64,000 nucleotides of DNA. Origin: Adineta vaga. Its lineage: Eukaryota; Animalia; Rotifera. A program made the translations under genes and the position numbers. Positions 1 through 16,430 of the stretch are shown here, in pieces (position 1 is the stretch's first letter; every line of letters begins with the position of its first letter). The DNA lies in NCBI GenBank assembly GCA_021613535.1, contig CP075494.1:9114001-9178000 (forward strand), written 5' to 3'. The notes below the pieces were generated by a model. The model was given only the letters and a program-made list of their open reading frames with translations. It did no database searches and was not told where the DNA came from.

Positions 1-28
1 CTAACTAGATCTAATCTAATTATATAGG

Positions 29-3000
29 AGTAAAATTCGTATTTTGGTTAAAACACAAGCTTTTTATTGGACTGTTATTGTTCTCGTTTTTCTTAATTCC
101 GCCTGTGTTGCTATTGAACATGATGGACAAAAACAATATTTAACGGAATTTTTATGTATGTCTAAATTTTCCATGTCATAATACCATTTATTCTTTTCTT
201 TGCCAAAACAGATTATGCTGAATTTATGTTTCTTGGTTTATTCATTTTTGAAATGCTTTTTAAAATGTATGGTCTTGGTGTTAATCAATATTTTGCTTCG
301 TCATTTAATATATTCGATTTTATTGTAAGTTTTCTCATTTTCGATTAATAATCATTGGAAATTTTTCGAATAATTTAGGTTATTATTGGTTCGATATTTG
401 AAGTTATTTGGACACATTTCAATCCAGAAGAATCATTTGGTGTTTCAGTTTTACGTTCTTTACGTTTATTACGAATTTTTAAAGTTACTCGGTTAGTTGA
501 TTGAAATAGATATGAATAATCCTTGAGAGAAAATACGAATCAAGAATCAAAAAGATTTTAGAACATTCTAGAAGAATAGTGAGAATATTTATAAATCGTT
601 TTCTAAATGTTTTTTTTATTTTAGACATTGGGCTTCTCTTCGTAATTTAGTTGTCTCACTTTTAAGCAGTATGCGATCCATTGTTAGTTTACTCTTCTTA
701 CTCTTTTTATTCATTCTCATATTTGCACTATTGGGTATGCAATTATTTGGTGGCGAGTAAGTTCTGCAGGGCTCCATTTCTTGTCAAAAATTTCTGTAAA
801 TCTTTATTTAATAGATTCAGTTTTGAAGATGGTACGCCATTACAAAATTTTAATAAATTCGCTACTGCACTTATTACTGTCTTTCAAGTAAGAATTTTTC
901 TATCCAATTCTTTCTTTCTTTCTTTTGTTCAACGGATGAAAAGCAAATTCATTTTGTATATATATAAATATATATTAGATTTTAACTGGTGAAGATTGGA
1001 ATGAAATTATGTACAATGGCATTTCTTCTCAAGGTGGAGCTAGTGGAAAAGGAATGGTCTATTCACTTTATTTTGTTATTCTCGTACTATTTGGCAATTG
1101 TAAGTTTGTTTTATTCTTCATTATTCGATTCTTATACATATATTTTGTTGTTAGATACATTACTGAATGTCTTTTTGGCTATTGCTGTTGATAATTTAGC
1201 TAATGCACACGAACTAACAAAAGATGAAGAAGAAGAACAAGCTGCTGAGGAAGAAGTATGAATCTAATCGTTTCAATTCTATTGAGAAATACTTTTGACA
1301 ACCAATTTTAGAAACGTCAACGGGAAACAAAAGATGTAGAATCAATGTTTAAACTAGGTGCCTCTCCAACTGATACAGCAACAACAAATACACCGAGTAC
1401 TAAACTAAAGAAGCCTGATCAAGAACCATTAATAAAGCGAAATAATCTTCAACAAACGACTAAAAAGACCAATGTTGAAAATACAGTGAAAACAGCTTTT
1501 GATATTCCACCAAATCAGCCTCCAAGCAATTCTAAAGCTGATGATTATCTAGATCGACAAATATTTCAAAAAGCAGACTTAGATTATATTCCTGGTTTGG
1601 ATTATGATCTTGGACCAGTTTTTATTCCAAGTAAAGATATTAGTTCTAGTGATAAAATTCTATTGATATTTAAAATTTATTTTTTCAGCATTGGACAGAT
1701 TACCAGGACTTAATGATCCAGAAGCAGCAAAAGCACGTGCTGAAGCAGCTGCTCGAAAAAGAGAAGCAGAAGCCGCTGCTGAAGCAGAAGCGAGGAAAAA
1801 AGAACAAGCTCGTGTAGTTAAACCCATTCTACCTGCAAGTTCAATGTTTATCTTCAGTAGTACTAATCCGTAAGTATGATAAATTAGATTTGAATTCGGA
1901 ATTCACTGTCTATAAATTTCTCTTTGACCTTATTCTTTCACATGGATTTTCTTAAGATAAGATCTATGTATGATCCGCAATATTCATTAACATTACTATA
2001 CATGAATATAATGGTATTCTCTGTTTAGAATACGTCGATTTTGTCATTTTATTGTTACTCTTCGTTATTTTGATGTACTAATTATGACTGTCATATGCCT
2101 TAGTTCAATTTCGCTGGCTGCTGAAGATCCTATCAATGAAAATTCTATGCGAAATAAACTACTTAGTTATATTGATTATGCATTTACTGGTGTATTTACT
2201 ATTGAATTAATTCTCAAAGTATACGATATGATATTTAAAGATATTCTTTTCTATATTAATAATATTCCTTTTTTTTATATTTTAGGTTGTTGATTTAGGT
2301 GTTGTTCTTCATGAAGGCGCTTATTGTCGTGATATATGGAATATACTTGATGCTATTGTCGTTGTTTGTGCATTAGTTGCATTTGGTTTTACGTAGGATA
2401 TATTGTGTTTGATTTATATGTGAAGAAAATAATTGAACATATTTCTTGTAGAGAAAATGGAGCTGGCAAAAATCTTAATACCATTAAATCCTTACGTGTT
2501 CTTCGTGTGTTACGTCCATTGAAAACTATAAATCGTGTACCAAAATTAAAAGCTGTCTTTGATTGTGTTATTACTTCATTATCAAATGTTTTAACTATAT
2601 TGTAAGCGATCTCTTCTTGATGATCTTCATAATATTTATTTTATTGAAATAATTCTAGAATCGTTTATATGCTATTTCAATTTATTTTTGCTGTTATTGC
2701 TGTACAATTATTTAAAGGAAAATTTTATCATTGCTCAGATTTATCTAAACTGACACCTGATGAATGCCGGTAAATAATGGTTATTTGTTTCCTCGTATTG
2801 AACTACTTGATATTTATTTTCAGGGGGAGCTTTTTCGATTTTGGTACTGGCAAACGTACACCTGAAATTAAACCAAGAATATGGGAGCCATATGATTTCA
2901 CATATGATAGCGTTCCACAAGCTATTTTGACATTATTTACCGTACAAACAGGTGAAGGATGGCCAACGTAAGTATAAGTTTTTCATTGAGAATGAAATGA

Positions 3001-6000
3001 AACAAAAATAAATTTTAGTGTTTTACAACATTCAATTGATGCAACTGGTATCAATCGTGGTCCAACACCTGGCAATCGTTTAGAAATTGCAATGTTCTAT
3101 GTTGTTTATTTTATCGTATTTCCATTCTTTTTTGTGAATATCTTCGTTGCTTTAATTATTATTACATTTCAAGATCAAGGACAAAAGGAATTAGAAGAAG
3201 CTGAAATCAATAAAAATCAAGTTTGTTTTCTTTTGAAAAAATAACTTACTATGTTATTTGCATACATATCTTTTTAGAAATCATGTATTGATTTCGCATT
3301 AAATGCAAAACCGATTCAATGTTGTAAACCAAAAAAAGAAGGATCATTACGTTATCGAATTTGGCAAACATGTACATCATCCTATTTTGAATTTTGTATT
3401 ATGGTTATGATTGCACTGAATACATGTGTACTTATGGCAAAAGTAAATTTAATTTTAAATTCACTAGCAATAAATATGATATGAAATGTCGTGCTATTCT
3501 ATTTCTAGTATTATAGAAGTCCACCAGCTTATAATGACATGTTAACGTATGCAAATACAACATTTACAGCTTTATTTACAGTAGAAAGTATTTTGAAAAT
3601 AATTGCATTTGGTTTAAGAGTGAGTTCTAAAGATCTAACTATTTCGAATGAATAAGATATATATATATATATTAATTTAGAACTATTTTCGAGATAAATG
3701 GAATGCATTTGACTTTATTACAGTACTTGGAAGTATCGCTGATGTACTTGTTACTGAATTTCGAGTATGAATATCAACATATAGAAATTCAAAAATGAAA
3801 TCTTTCTCTTTTAGTTCAGTGGCAAAAATAGTATTCCTACAGGGGGATCTGGTGCAACAAAACATAAGGTAATAGAATGACAGAAGAAAGTACATGCGAT
3901 TTCTTTTTAAATTCTATATACGATATGGTGAAACTTGAGAGACTACGTATGATATACTTGAGATGCATTAAATATAGAGGAAATAAATGTTGAAAGATGT
4001 AATAGAATTAGACAACATGAAATGTAAAAGTAAACTTAATTAATGTATGCAATTTTCTTTGATGAAAAGACTATATATGAAGATTCTGACTACCAATGGA
4101 AATTAGAATTATCTGTATGAATTTCATTGATTCTCTAGTATGCTAAATGAACTGATACTACAAAATTTCTATATCATGTAAATGTAACTTAATACTAGAG
4201 TGATACAATTGTTTGAGTAAAACAGACCTTGTTTAAATGTATTTCTTCCTTTCTAGAATACTTTACTTAACCTGGGCTTTCTTCGATTATTTCGTGCTGC
4301 TCGTTTGATCAAGCTCTTACGTCAAGGATATACAATTCGTATTTTACTATGGACATTTGTACAGTCATTCAAAGTACGTTTCGATTGATTCGTACGTTCA
4401 ATATAATTTTTTATTATTTAGGCACTTCCATATGTTTGCTTACTAATCGGAATGCTCTTTTTCATTTATGCTATAATTGGCATGCAGGTATTTCTTTTTC
4501 TTTTGTTATGTTTGAGTTTGTTCCTTAAATGATTCGATGCATTCGTATAATGAGTTTGAAACAAAAAATATACACTTTCCTTTACCCTACAGATGTTTGG
4601 AAATATAAAAGTCGATCATACATCGACCATGCACGATCACAATAATTTTCAGAACATTTTTCAAGCGACACTCGTCTTATTCAGGCAAGAGAATGTTCGA
4701 ACAAATACTAATACTCTAGATGAATATAGAATGATCTTTTTTTTTCTATACTACTTTCCTCATAAGTTTGGTTTGTGATTTAATAGTGGTAAAAGTTTCT
4801 TACCTTTTTATTTATTTATAATTTCCCAATATCTTTGCATGTTATTTAGTTTTTTTTCTTTATATATGATATGTTTTCTTTCTAAACAAGGTTTTTGGTA
4901 ATGTTCGTCATGACTCGGGAAAAACCGAGATTACTCGACACAATAATTTCGCCAATTTTTTTTCTGCTTTGATGCTCTTGTTCAGGTATTTGTGATTATC
5001 GTTTGCTTCACTGATGCTTTCGTTGTCTGTTGATAAATATGAACATGTTTAATATTTTTGTTTTTATTCAAATCAACAGATGTGCTACTGGTGAAAGTTG
5101 GCAAGCAGTAATGTTAGCATGTAAAGCTGGTGCTGAATGTCAATTACCAGCCAATGAACGAGTTCCTATAAAATCTAAACCAACTTGTGGATCCAATATC
5201 GCATATGCATATTTTTGTTCATTTGTTTTTCTTTCATCGTTTTTGGTAAGTATGAGCAATGACTGATTCAATGATTTAGTATATAACTGAAATAGATGTT
5301 AAATTTATTTGTGGCGGTTATTATGGATAACTTTGATTATCTAACACGAGATTCATCGATATTGGGTGCGCATCATTTGGATGAATTTTTACGTTCGTGG
5401 TCAGAATATGATCCCGATGGAACGTATGTATTCTCTCAAAAATTAGGTTTTGTTTCTATTTAATAAACATTTTTGGTTTCAGGGGAAAACTGGAATATAC
5501 GAAAATGTTTGAAATGCTTCGACTTATGTCTCCACCAGTTGGATTTGGGACAAAGTGTCCATCCAAATTAGCTTATAAAGTATGTCAATCATTCGAACTT
5601 TTAATATCAATGTCTGATGATTAGAATTGTATTCCATGAAGTTCGACAGTTGTTAACTTCGATATATCCTTTCTATTAAAAAAAATACTATTTGCTTTGA
5701 GATCGTATCGTTCTTTAAATATACTAAAAAGTGTCTGATATAGAGTTAGGGATATATGGTATAAATAGAAGATGGAGTGGTTGACAATAATTTGTAACAT
5801 ATTATTATAAATTAGAATTCATTTTATGTTCTATTAATTTAGCGTTTAATTCGGATGAATATGCCCATCGATGATAAACGTCAAGTACATTTTACTACTA
5901 CTCTTTTCGCCTTGATCCGTGAATCTCTCAGCATTAAAATGCGAAGTGGTAATTATTTTTCTTGTACACTGCTTTCGTTCTATTGATAAATCAATGATTT

Positions 6001-8201
6001 TATCTAGCTGCTGAGGAAATGGATGAAGCTGATAATGAATTACGTGAAGTAATATGTAAACTTTGGCCAAATTTGGCGAAAAAACCGATTAAACTTCATG
6101 AGGGTGGCACAAAAAATTTACTTGATCTTGTTGTTCCGCCTAAACATGGTAATTAGTCAATTATTCTTATCATTTAAAAAGACTTGTCTCTTCTTTTTCT
6201 AGAATTGCACGGTGTTCCTGGTTTTCCGAAATTAACTGTTGGAAAAGTTTATGCGATTTGTTTATATATCGATAACTATCGATCATATAAACAAGGTCAT
6301 AGCAATGATACGGTATGTCTTAATTTTGAAATCTTTCTTGCGTTATATATATATACAGATACTCACGGAACGTGAAAGTATCAGTTCAATGAATGATGAC
6401 AATGAGGTCTGTTCTGCATGAATAAAAGCATGTTCAAAGATTAATCAACTAATTAATTCTATTCAAACATAGATTTTCTATAGTTATACTTGATGATTTA
6501 TTCCCTTGATTGATAATAATTATTATTATACCTTTTTTGTTGCTTTTTTTCCTGATTGAATGTTTCTCTTTTTTCTTTAAATTGATTATATTTGCTAACC
6601 GTACTTATCTTAATAGGGTTTCAATTTAAATCGGCTCGTATGTGCGTTGAAAGAACGTGCACATTCTAGAGAAGGTATTAGTGATCATGAATACGATCCA
6701 CGACGATCATCATTTCGGCCATCAGGTAGTTTTCGACGTACTGGTTCCAATCGATCATCGGTAAGTATCCTTAATATTTTATTTAAATATACTATTTGGA
6801 TGATGAAGAGAACAGGATTGTTTTGAACTCACTATTGAAAAGGAAGACTTATGTAACAAAAGGTGCATACGTTTCAGCACATTCTCTATTACAAAGTGAA
6901 GTTCACATCTATCTGATTGTTTTTTTCTCTCAAGAATATGGATAATGCACTTGGAAATAAGAGTGGTCCAACTGCTCGACCAAATGTTCCTTCTGCGAAT
7001 GGATATATCAATCAATCGCCGACTAAAGTACCAAATTTGATCAATTTTGACGAAACTAAACGAACAAGTCAACAACCGATAGATGGTTCTATGGGTCCAT
7101 CTCATTATGGTCGAACATTGAATGTGCCAGATGGTAGTGTTCTTCCAGCTTTACCACTAGGTACACCATTAGCACCAATTATTCGACCAAGACCTGCGAT
7201 AATGTCGACACCAAAATCATCAACAGCAGCTGTAAAAAATCCTTCGTTGGATTTACCACCAGCAGAAACACGAACAATGTTACTTGTCACTACAGGAAAT
7301 CATCAACGACAGCCGCAAACTACTGCAGTACCGAATAATCGACGTTTACCATTGAACGGAAAATTAACACCAATTTCACCAGTACAACAACGGCAGCAAC
7401 CGTCTGTACCACAAATGAACACCAACAATAATAATCATCAACTGATCAATGAAATAGCAGCAAAGAAACCAGTTAATAGTCGACCACGAACAGCATTGTT
7501 CTTTACATCAACACGTATGAAATCAAAAATCTGAATGCGCGCTACGTTTTAATTTCAATCATTGATATATTTTAGGAAACACAGATCAATCACCTTCACA
7601 TCAGCCGTTACTAGATAATGCAAATAATACAAATAATCGATATGATTTTATCGATTTACATAATTCAGATGATGATATGAATGATAATTGGTCCGTTGCT
7701 CCAAAGTTAGTCATTTTGTCTCGTTTCTCATTGAATCTCTCAAACAATGTATTTTTCTTTAGAATTATACCATCATCACAACCGAAACGAACATTGCCTG
7801 TTCAGAATCAATCACCTCCAGCAAATATTGCTCAACCACGACCATCAACAATGAATACGACGCGTCAATTACCACCTGTACCAGTCCGACAATTATCCAA
7901 TGTGACTAAATCTATACCACCGACAACATATTTCGATTCGAACGATGATGAAGAAGCAAATGAAGAAGTTTTACGAGAAAAATCTAATCTATCTAATGAA
8001 TTATTTTATTATCAAACATCGACTTCATCAAGTTCAAATAATTCGATGACATCAGATAATAACGAAGAACAGTTTCAAACTGATCAACAAGAAGACGATG
8101 ACGATAACAATGATGAAGATAATCAACAAAATCAAAGATTACAAAGTGATGACGATGACGACGACGATGATCAAACTTCTCCATATGAATATGATGCATA
8201 A
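29..8201 (+). CDS. Voltage-gated calcium channel alpha-1 subunit, Cav2 (N/P/Q/cacophony/unc-2 type); 5'-truncated, multi-exon, domain II S1 to C-terminus
   Basis: Spliced reading gives [14 protein letters not shown], pore loops LTGEDW (II), QTGEGW (III) and ATGESW (IV), S4 segments [12 protein letters not shown] and [14 protein letters not shown], Cav2-type [10 protein letters not shown], and [24 protein letters not shown]. Stop TAA at 8199-8201. Confidence 0.96.
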
Positions 8202-9344
8202 ATGTGACTCTGTATATTGTTAGGGTTTTTTTTCATTAACATAAATAGTATACAACAGAATTAATATATCGATTTTTAACATATATATATAAACTTTCTC
8301 CCAAATATGAGAAGAATATTCAAACAACTGAAAAAGCTATCTTTTCATTTTGAAATTTATTAAATAAACATCAGAAATTAATATATTCTTTCAAACAATT
8401 TGATACATAATGCATTGATAAGATACCCTTTCTTTCTATGAACTTTTATATTTCATTGCAAAACAATAAACTTCAGTGTTTTCAAAAATTTTAATATTAT
8501 ATTAGAGATTTCCGTAGTAAAATAAACTTTATTTCTGAAATGAATAAGTGTATTATGCCGAGAGAAAAGATGATGAGTAGTAATTCAAATCGACAAGCAA
8601 AACGAGAAAACGATATAGTAGAAAATTTCTTCTCACGGTATGTTCTTTATGTTTTCAGGGATTTTGCCGGATAAAAAAATGTTATATTTTTTGGTCTCCT
8701 TGGTGAAAAATAATCTTCATCTAATTAAACTATTGGAAATAATTCTTTAAAGAAAGTATAAACGATCGAATTGTTGTAGTAACCGTCTATAATTATCAAA
8801 TTTATCGTAGATACATAGTTTATTCTTCTTTTTTCTTTCCTTCTTTTTGTTCTTTCGAATTTAACCCATTTCAAATTGACGAATAAAATCAGAGCCCATA
8901 GCCTCCTATGACAAGTGAGGCGTGCAATCAAACACTTAATAAGCGCATCCTCGGACTCCTACACACCGTGTATTATTTCTGTCTTCACTTGTAGCTAATA
9001 CATCTATAGGAATGATTCATACATTTAGATGAGCCGTCGTCGCTTCGCCAGGCAGTTTGTAAGCGTCTGTTTTGCTGTGTAAGCAATGCGACTATATTAT
9101 CCGTCCAACTGTCTAACTAGAGAAGGCGGGTGAGCGTGAGAGAGAGAGAGAGAAGAGGCGCACGAGAAAGAAAAAAAACGAACGACACTCGCCGGCTGTT
9201 TCTTTTTCTTTCACATCTCCTCTTGTTTTTTTTCTTCATACTATCTGGTCGTCCGACGAGCAATATAACTGTGTTTCTCGTTGCTGATCGACGTCTTCTC
9301 TTGCATTTTCGATTCATCGTACACTAAACAACAACTAAAACAAA

Positions 9345-11303
<1,959 letters not shown>

Positions 11304-11903
11304 ATGATTATATTAGACATTTTTGAACTATTTTTTCCTCTCTGAAAATATTCAAAGTTCTGTCTATCTCTATACATTCACTCTATTCTCTTAACGTCTT
11401 ATTGTTCTGATTTATATCTTACGTACTTATTCTTCACTAAAAATAAATAAATCTTACCAGAAAATATAGATTCATGAACTTTTTCATTAATAGGTAATAA
11501 CGTGTGGTGGAACTAGACTTTGTTTAATTTTTGACGAGTAAACATGACTATTGATTTACACGCTATAAAATTATGTTATCAATGTCTTTGAAGATCGTAA
11601 TGAATTGTTTTGTGAAATCTATAGTGTGATTACAAACTGTTCTCCTAGGAGAATTTAGTATTTCTATAATCTTACTGTTATCAGTAGATGATCGATAACA
11701 TCCTATGATCTAAATCAGAGAGAGAGAATAAACAATTTCAAGACCAAAAATAAGCAATATATACTATTTATTGAATCAATCCAGAAAAAAATACATTTTA
11801 ATAAATAATAGGAATAATAATTTAGATTCTATCGACACAATAAAAATAAACAAAAGAGCAAATACATAATAAATGGTAATAGTAAGAAAAAAGCGAATAA
11901 ATA

Positions 11904-12684
11904 TTAATTGGTAGTAAGGTTTTTTGAATTTTTATCAAGAACAAATTGATAAAGTTGTCGGGAATCAGAAAATGATAATGGCTGCCATTCTGCACGAATG
12001 ATATTTTCATTTGTATATTCATCATATAGACGTTTCAATTGCTCCTCTTGACTTTCGCATTCTTTTGCTATAGAACGAGGAGGATCTCGTTGTGAAATAT
12101 ATAATAAAGATTGATTTTTGTACATTAATTGTTTTTCATGGAGAATTTCTTTAATGGGCTGTTCATGACGTTGTCTTCGATATTGATTTCGACGACGGTG
12201 TCTTGGCCGTCGTTGTTTATTTAGAATGGCTACTTTGTCATCTCTTGGCTTGAGAATTACCTTTCGAAAAGATGGTGACGTCGATGATAGCATTGAAGAA
12301 TTATGAGATCGAATGGTTAAAGATTTTGAATTTGATGAATGTGCATCTAAAGAATCTTCATCAATACTATCGATTCCTGATGATGATGAGTCATTGGTAT
12401 GTAATGATGATTGCGATTTTGTTTGGTATATTCCATTACTCTTTCTTGAACGTCCATCCGTAAATTTAGGATAGTGATCATAGTCAATTGAAACTAAAAA
12501 TAAAATCATCATCATTATTGCTATCAAATTTTAAGAAGTTCAAGTATCCATATTAGAAAATACTCTTACCAGTGTGATTTCTTGTTGGATATGTCTTGGA
12601 AAAGTTTGGTTTAATATCATGATATGACTGAGAATCATTGAAAAATAAATGAAATACGCGTTTGGAATCTCTCGATGAATTCAT
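11904..12684 (-). CDS. Uncharacterised Ser/Arg-rich protein (2 coding exons, ~235 aa)
   Basis: Exon 12684-12570 (MNSSRDSKRVFHLFF...RNHT, GTAAG donor) joins in phase to the 207-aa ORF at VSIDYDHYPK. No family recognised. Confidence 0.7.
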
Positions 12685-13739
12685 GGAATGTAATTAGATA
12701 GTTGTATCTAGCTGAAAAAGAAAACGAATGCACATAAATCTTGCGCGTAAATAAATTTCTTTGTTTATTCGAAGTATTTTCTGACTATTGTACATTCTTC
12801 ACATGATAGATATATGATCAGTCCGCAAATGATATTGATGGAATTTATCGTACTGTCTCGATGTTAAAATAAAGGGAGAATAGTATATGTATCTATCGAT
12901 GTGTCTGTCACAAAGAACTAAACAAATCTACGGATAGTAAAATCCAAGTGTATCTTTTGTATCATATTTGATACAATATTTCATATATAGATTGTACGAT
13001 CTTTGTTATTATAAAATATGCATATGTTTAGATCATTAATAGTAACAACGCAGTTTATTTCATCATATAAAAATGGTGATTTCTGTGACATACAGTTGAA
13101 GTAGATGATGAACATTTTCTATCAGTTTAAAGAATTCGTGGCGTCGATATTTGATTGGTTAATTTTAGAGGACGTAAAAGTATGCTTTTAAATGGCGTTA
13201 ATTCTTTCATCATTATCATCATCATTTCATATCAAACTAAATTTCATTTCAATTATTTCATTAATTCTTCGTCTTGTATAGATCACATTCCAGTATTATC
13301 TTTATTCGTGAGTTTTTCATTTCATTTTAACGTTTTTTAGAAAAAACTAGTTTAAAGTTATTAATCGAGGACGAGGAGAAGATATTGAGGTTATAACTTG
13401 AACTTTTCTTTTTGATTAAAATAACCGAAAAACAAAGAAAGACTTGTCCTTGTTTAGAAGTTCATCCACGTTCAAGACCAATTTCACATACAAACAGACG
13501 TTTCATTTTCCATGGATTCGATTTTATATTTTGAAAATATCATAGTTTATCATTCTAGGAATGGTTCTACACAATCAATTCCTATTTTGTATTCTTTATA
13601 ATATTTTATAAGAATTGAGTGTCTATGTTTTCTTTTTGTTTCTGTAGGAATTTTCCTCTCTATACTACTTAATCACATCAGGGTAAACATTTGGATGAAG
13701 TCGAAAATTTTGATATTTACTTTATATTTTAGATAGGCA

Positions 13740-15771
13740 ATGGCTGACGACACAGAAATTGAACGAATGCTTGAAGAAAGAATGCAAGAAGATGTACAAA
13801 TCGGCAAACATCAAAATGGAGAAAAAATAGACGAAGACAAAGATAAAGACAGAGACAGAGACAAAGACAAAAAACATAAGAAACATAAACATCACAAACA
13901 TCATAAATCTCATAAAAGTGATAAAAAACATGAGAGAAAACGAAGTCGCTCTTCGAAACGTAGTCGTTCACCTCACAAGGATCGCCATCGTTCACCACCA
14001 CCACCACCGACATTACCTAGTGGAAAACGACGAGATGTCAATTCAGAATTACATCAATTAGCACAAACAATGAATCGAAATATAAGTTCAAAAGATATTT
14101 CGTCATCATCAAAATCAAATCGACGAGAAAAATCACCAGAATTAACACCTGAAGAACGAGATCTTCGGACTGTATTTTGTAAGTTGCCTTTTTTTTTAAA
14201 ATCTATATTTCGATCAGTCAGGAAGGATTTTTTTTGGGCAGAATATTTCATCTTTTTGTTTATTTTTAGGCATGCAACTAGCAGCAAAGATTCGACCACG
14301 TGATCTTGAAGATTTTTTTGCACGCGTTGGTAAAGTTCGTGATGTTCGTTTGATTACCGATCCTCGAACACGTCGATCGAAAGGTGTTGCTTATGTTGAA
14401 TTTCGTGACCTTGCTTGTGTACAAGCAGCTCTTGCTCTATCAGGTGAAAAAGTTCTTGGAATACCAATTAATATTAAACCGTCCAATGCAGAAAAAAATC
14501 GTCTAGCAGCACAAGCGGCAGCTGCTACAGCTGCTCAAAATTCAGTTATGACAAATGGTTTACTACCACAATCTGGGTCAGTAATACCAACACATGGTCC
14601 AATGAAATTATACGTCGGATCATTACATTTTAATATCACAGAAGATATGTTACGCGGTATTTTTGAACCGTTTGGACGTATTGATAATATTACATTGATG
14701 AAAGATCCTGATACCAATCGATCGAGAGGCTATGGTAAGTCAAGAGAGATTTTTTAAACGAAAGAGAAAAGAAACTGTAACGATTGTTTTTTTCTTTTTT
14801 ACAGGTTTTATTCAATTTGCACATGCAGAAGATGCAAAACGAGCGATGGAAAATTTAAATGGTTTTGAATTAGCTGGACGACCAATGAAAGTAGGTCATG
14901 TTACTGAACGAGCAGGTGAAATCAATTCTACTGCGACAAGTTTTCCATCGTATACTCCTGGCATTTCTTCATCATTTGCTGCTATGTCAAATCTTGATTC
15001 CGATGATCTCGATCATCGTGGTATTAATCTAGGTACAACTGGACGATTAGCATTAATGGCTAAATTAAGTGAAGGTAGTGGATTACAAATGCCTAAACAT
15101 GCTATTGATGCTTTACAAGCAGCACATAAACAAGCAGCTAGTTCTCAACATGTTCGTATACCTGATGCACCTAATCCACAACAATTAGCTACTGTAACTG
15201 CTGTTGGTACACAATGTTTTATGCTTTCAAATATGTTTGATCCCGTGAAAGAAGCAAGTGATAATCCGAATTGGGCACAAGAAATACGAGACGAAGTCAT
15301 TGAAGAATGTAATAAATATGGTGGTGTTATGCATATTTATGTTGATGAAAAAAGTTCAGATGGAAATGTTTATGTTAAATGTGCATCGATTGCTAGTGGT
15401 AAGTTCTATAAATGTATTATTTCAGTTTGTTTGTTCACCATTCTCTATCTGTCTATTAAAATTTGCGTGACAAAATCATTCACAAATTCTCAAAAATTTG
15501 CACAGTAGAAAGTGATCTATCTTCGAGTTCGATTTAGTCCCTTGAGTTTATAGTATGTTTTTGTTCTAAGCCCTGGAAATGATTTTTGTTTTAGTTATAT
15601 TTATATTTGTTTTTCTTTTCTTTTCTAGCAATTAATACCGTTAATTCACTTCATGGTCGATTCTTTTCCGGTCGTACGGTCGTCGGAAACTACATACCAA
15701 TTCAATCTTATCATAAACTTTTTCCAGCCGCAAGTACAGCAACAACACTTCTTACAACTTCATATCAATAG
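13740..15771 (+). CDS. RBM39: RNA-binding protein 39/23 (CAPER) splicing factor
   Basis: RS/basic N-terminus, ERDLRTVFCMQLAAKIRPRDLEDFF (RRM1), KLYVGSLHFNITEDMLRGIFEPFG (RRM2), GRLALMAKL linker, UHM domain TQCFMLSNMFDP...GNVYVKC. Confidence 0.96.
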
Positions 15772-16430
15772 ATATATTGATCTATATAAATAATCATTCC
15801 ATTTAGAACGAGAAAGACTTGAATTAATATATAAATATAAATACATATATACATATGTTTATTATTTCGTAGGACAAAAAAAGAATTTCATGTGTTTTTG
15901 TTTTCGTTTTGTTTCTTCTTCTTGTATGTCTTTATAAACCAGAATGGTTTTGCATGAAAGTAACAAAAACCTGTGTGTGAAAACAGAAGAAAAGAAAAGA
16001 TATTTGATTTGATTTGAAAAAATTTCTTTTTCTTTGTTCTATTGAAGATAAATTGTCTTTGAAAAAACAACAACAACAACAATAACATTATCCATCAACA
16101 AATAGACTAATAGGAATCAAACCATGTTTTCATCAAAGTATTCTAGAATTGAACTCCATGACCTATGAGAATAAATTCCTTTATGGTTTCTGTCTTTCAC
16201 TTTTTTCCTTCCTTTACTTTCTGTATGATTGTGAATAAAGGACAAAAAAATATGAGACAAGTATTTTCGATCACGCCATTCTGGTCTGTCGAAACTGACT
16301 TACCAATATACGTAGAAATACGCTTATGTATATATATATATATGCATACGATTACCTTCTTGCAGTCTTTTATTTAGATATATATATATATATACATACA
16401 TACGTAAAAGAATAAAACAAAAACTATCCA

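Noticed and set aside
5622-5679. Intronic [16 protein letters not shown] resembling a second EF-hand (exon 37-like) alternative exon
   Set aside because: It stops in frame, lacks the PPxGxG..CP motif and has no suitable splice sites, so the resemblance is probably chance.
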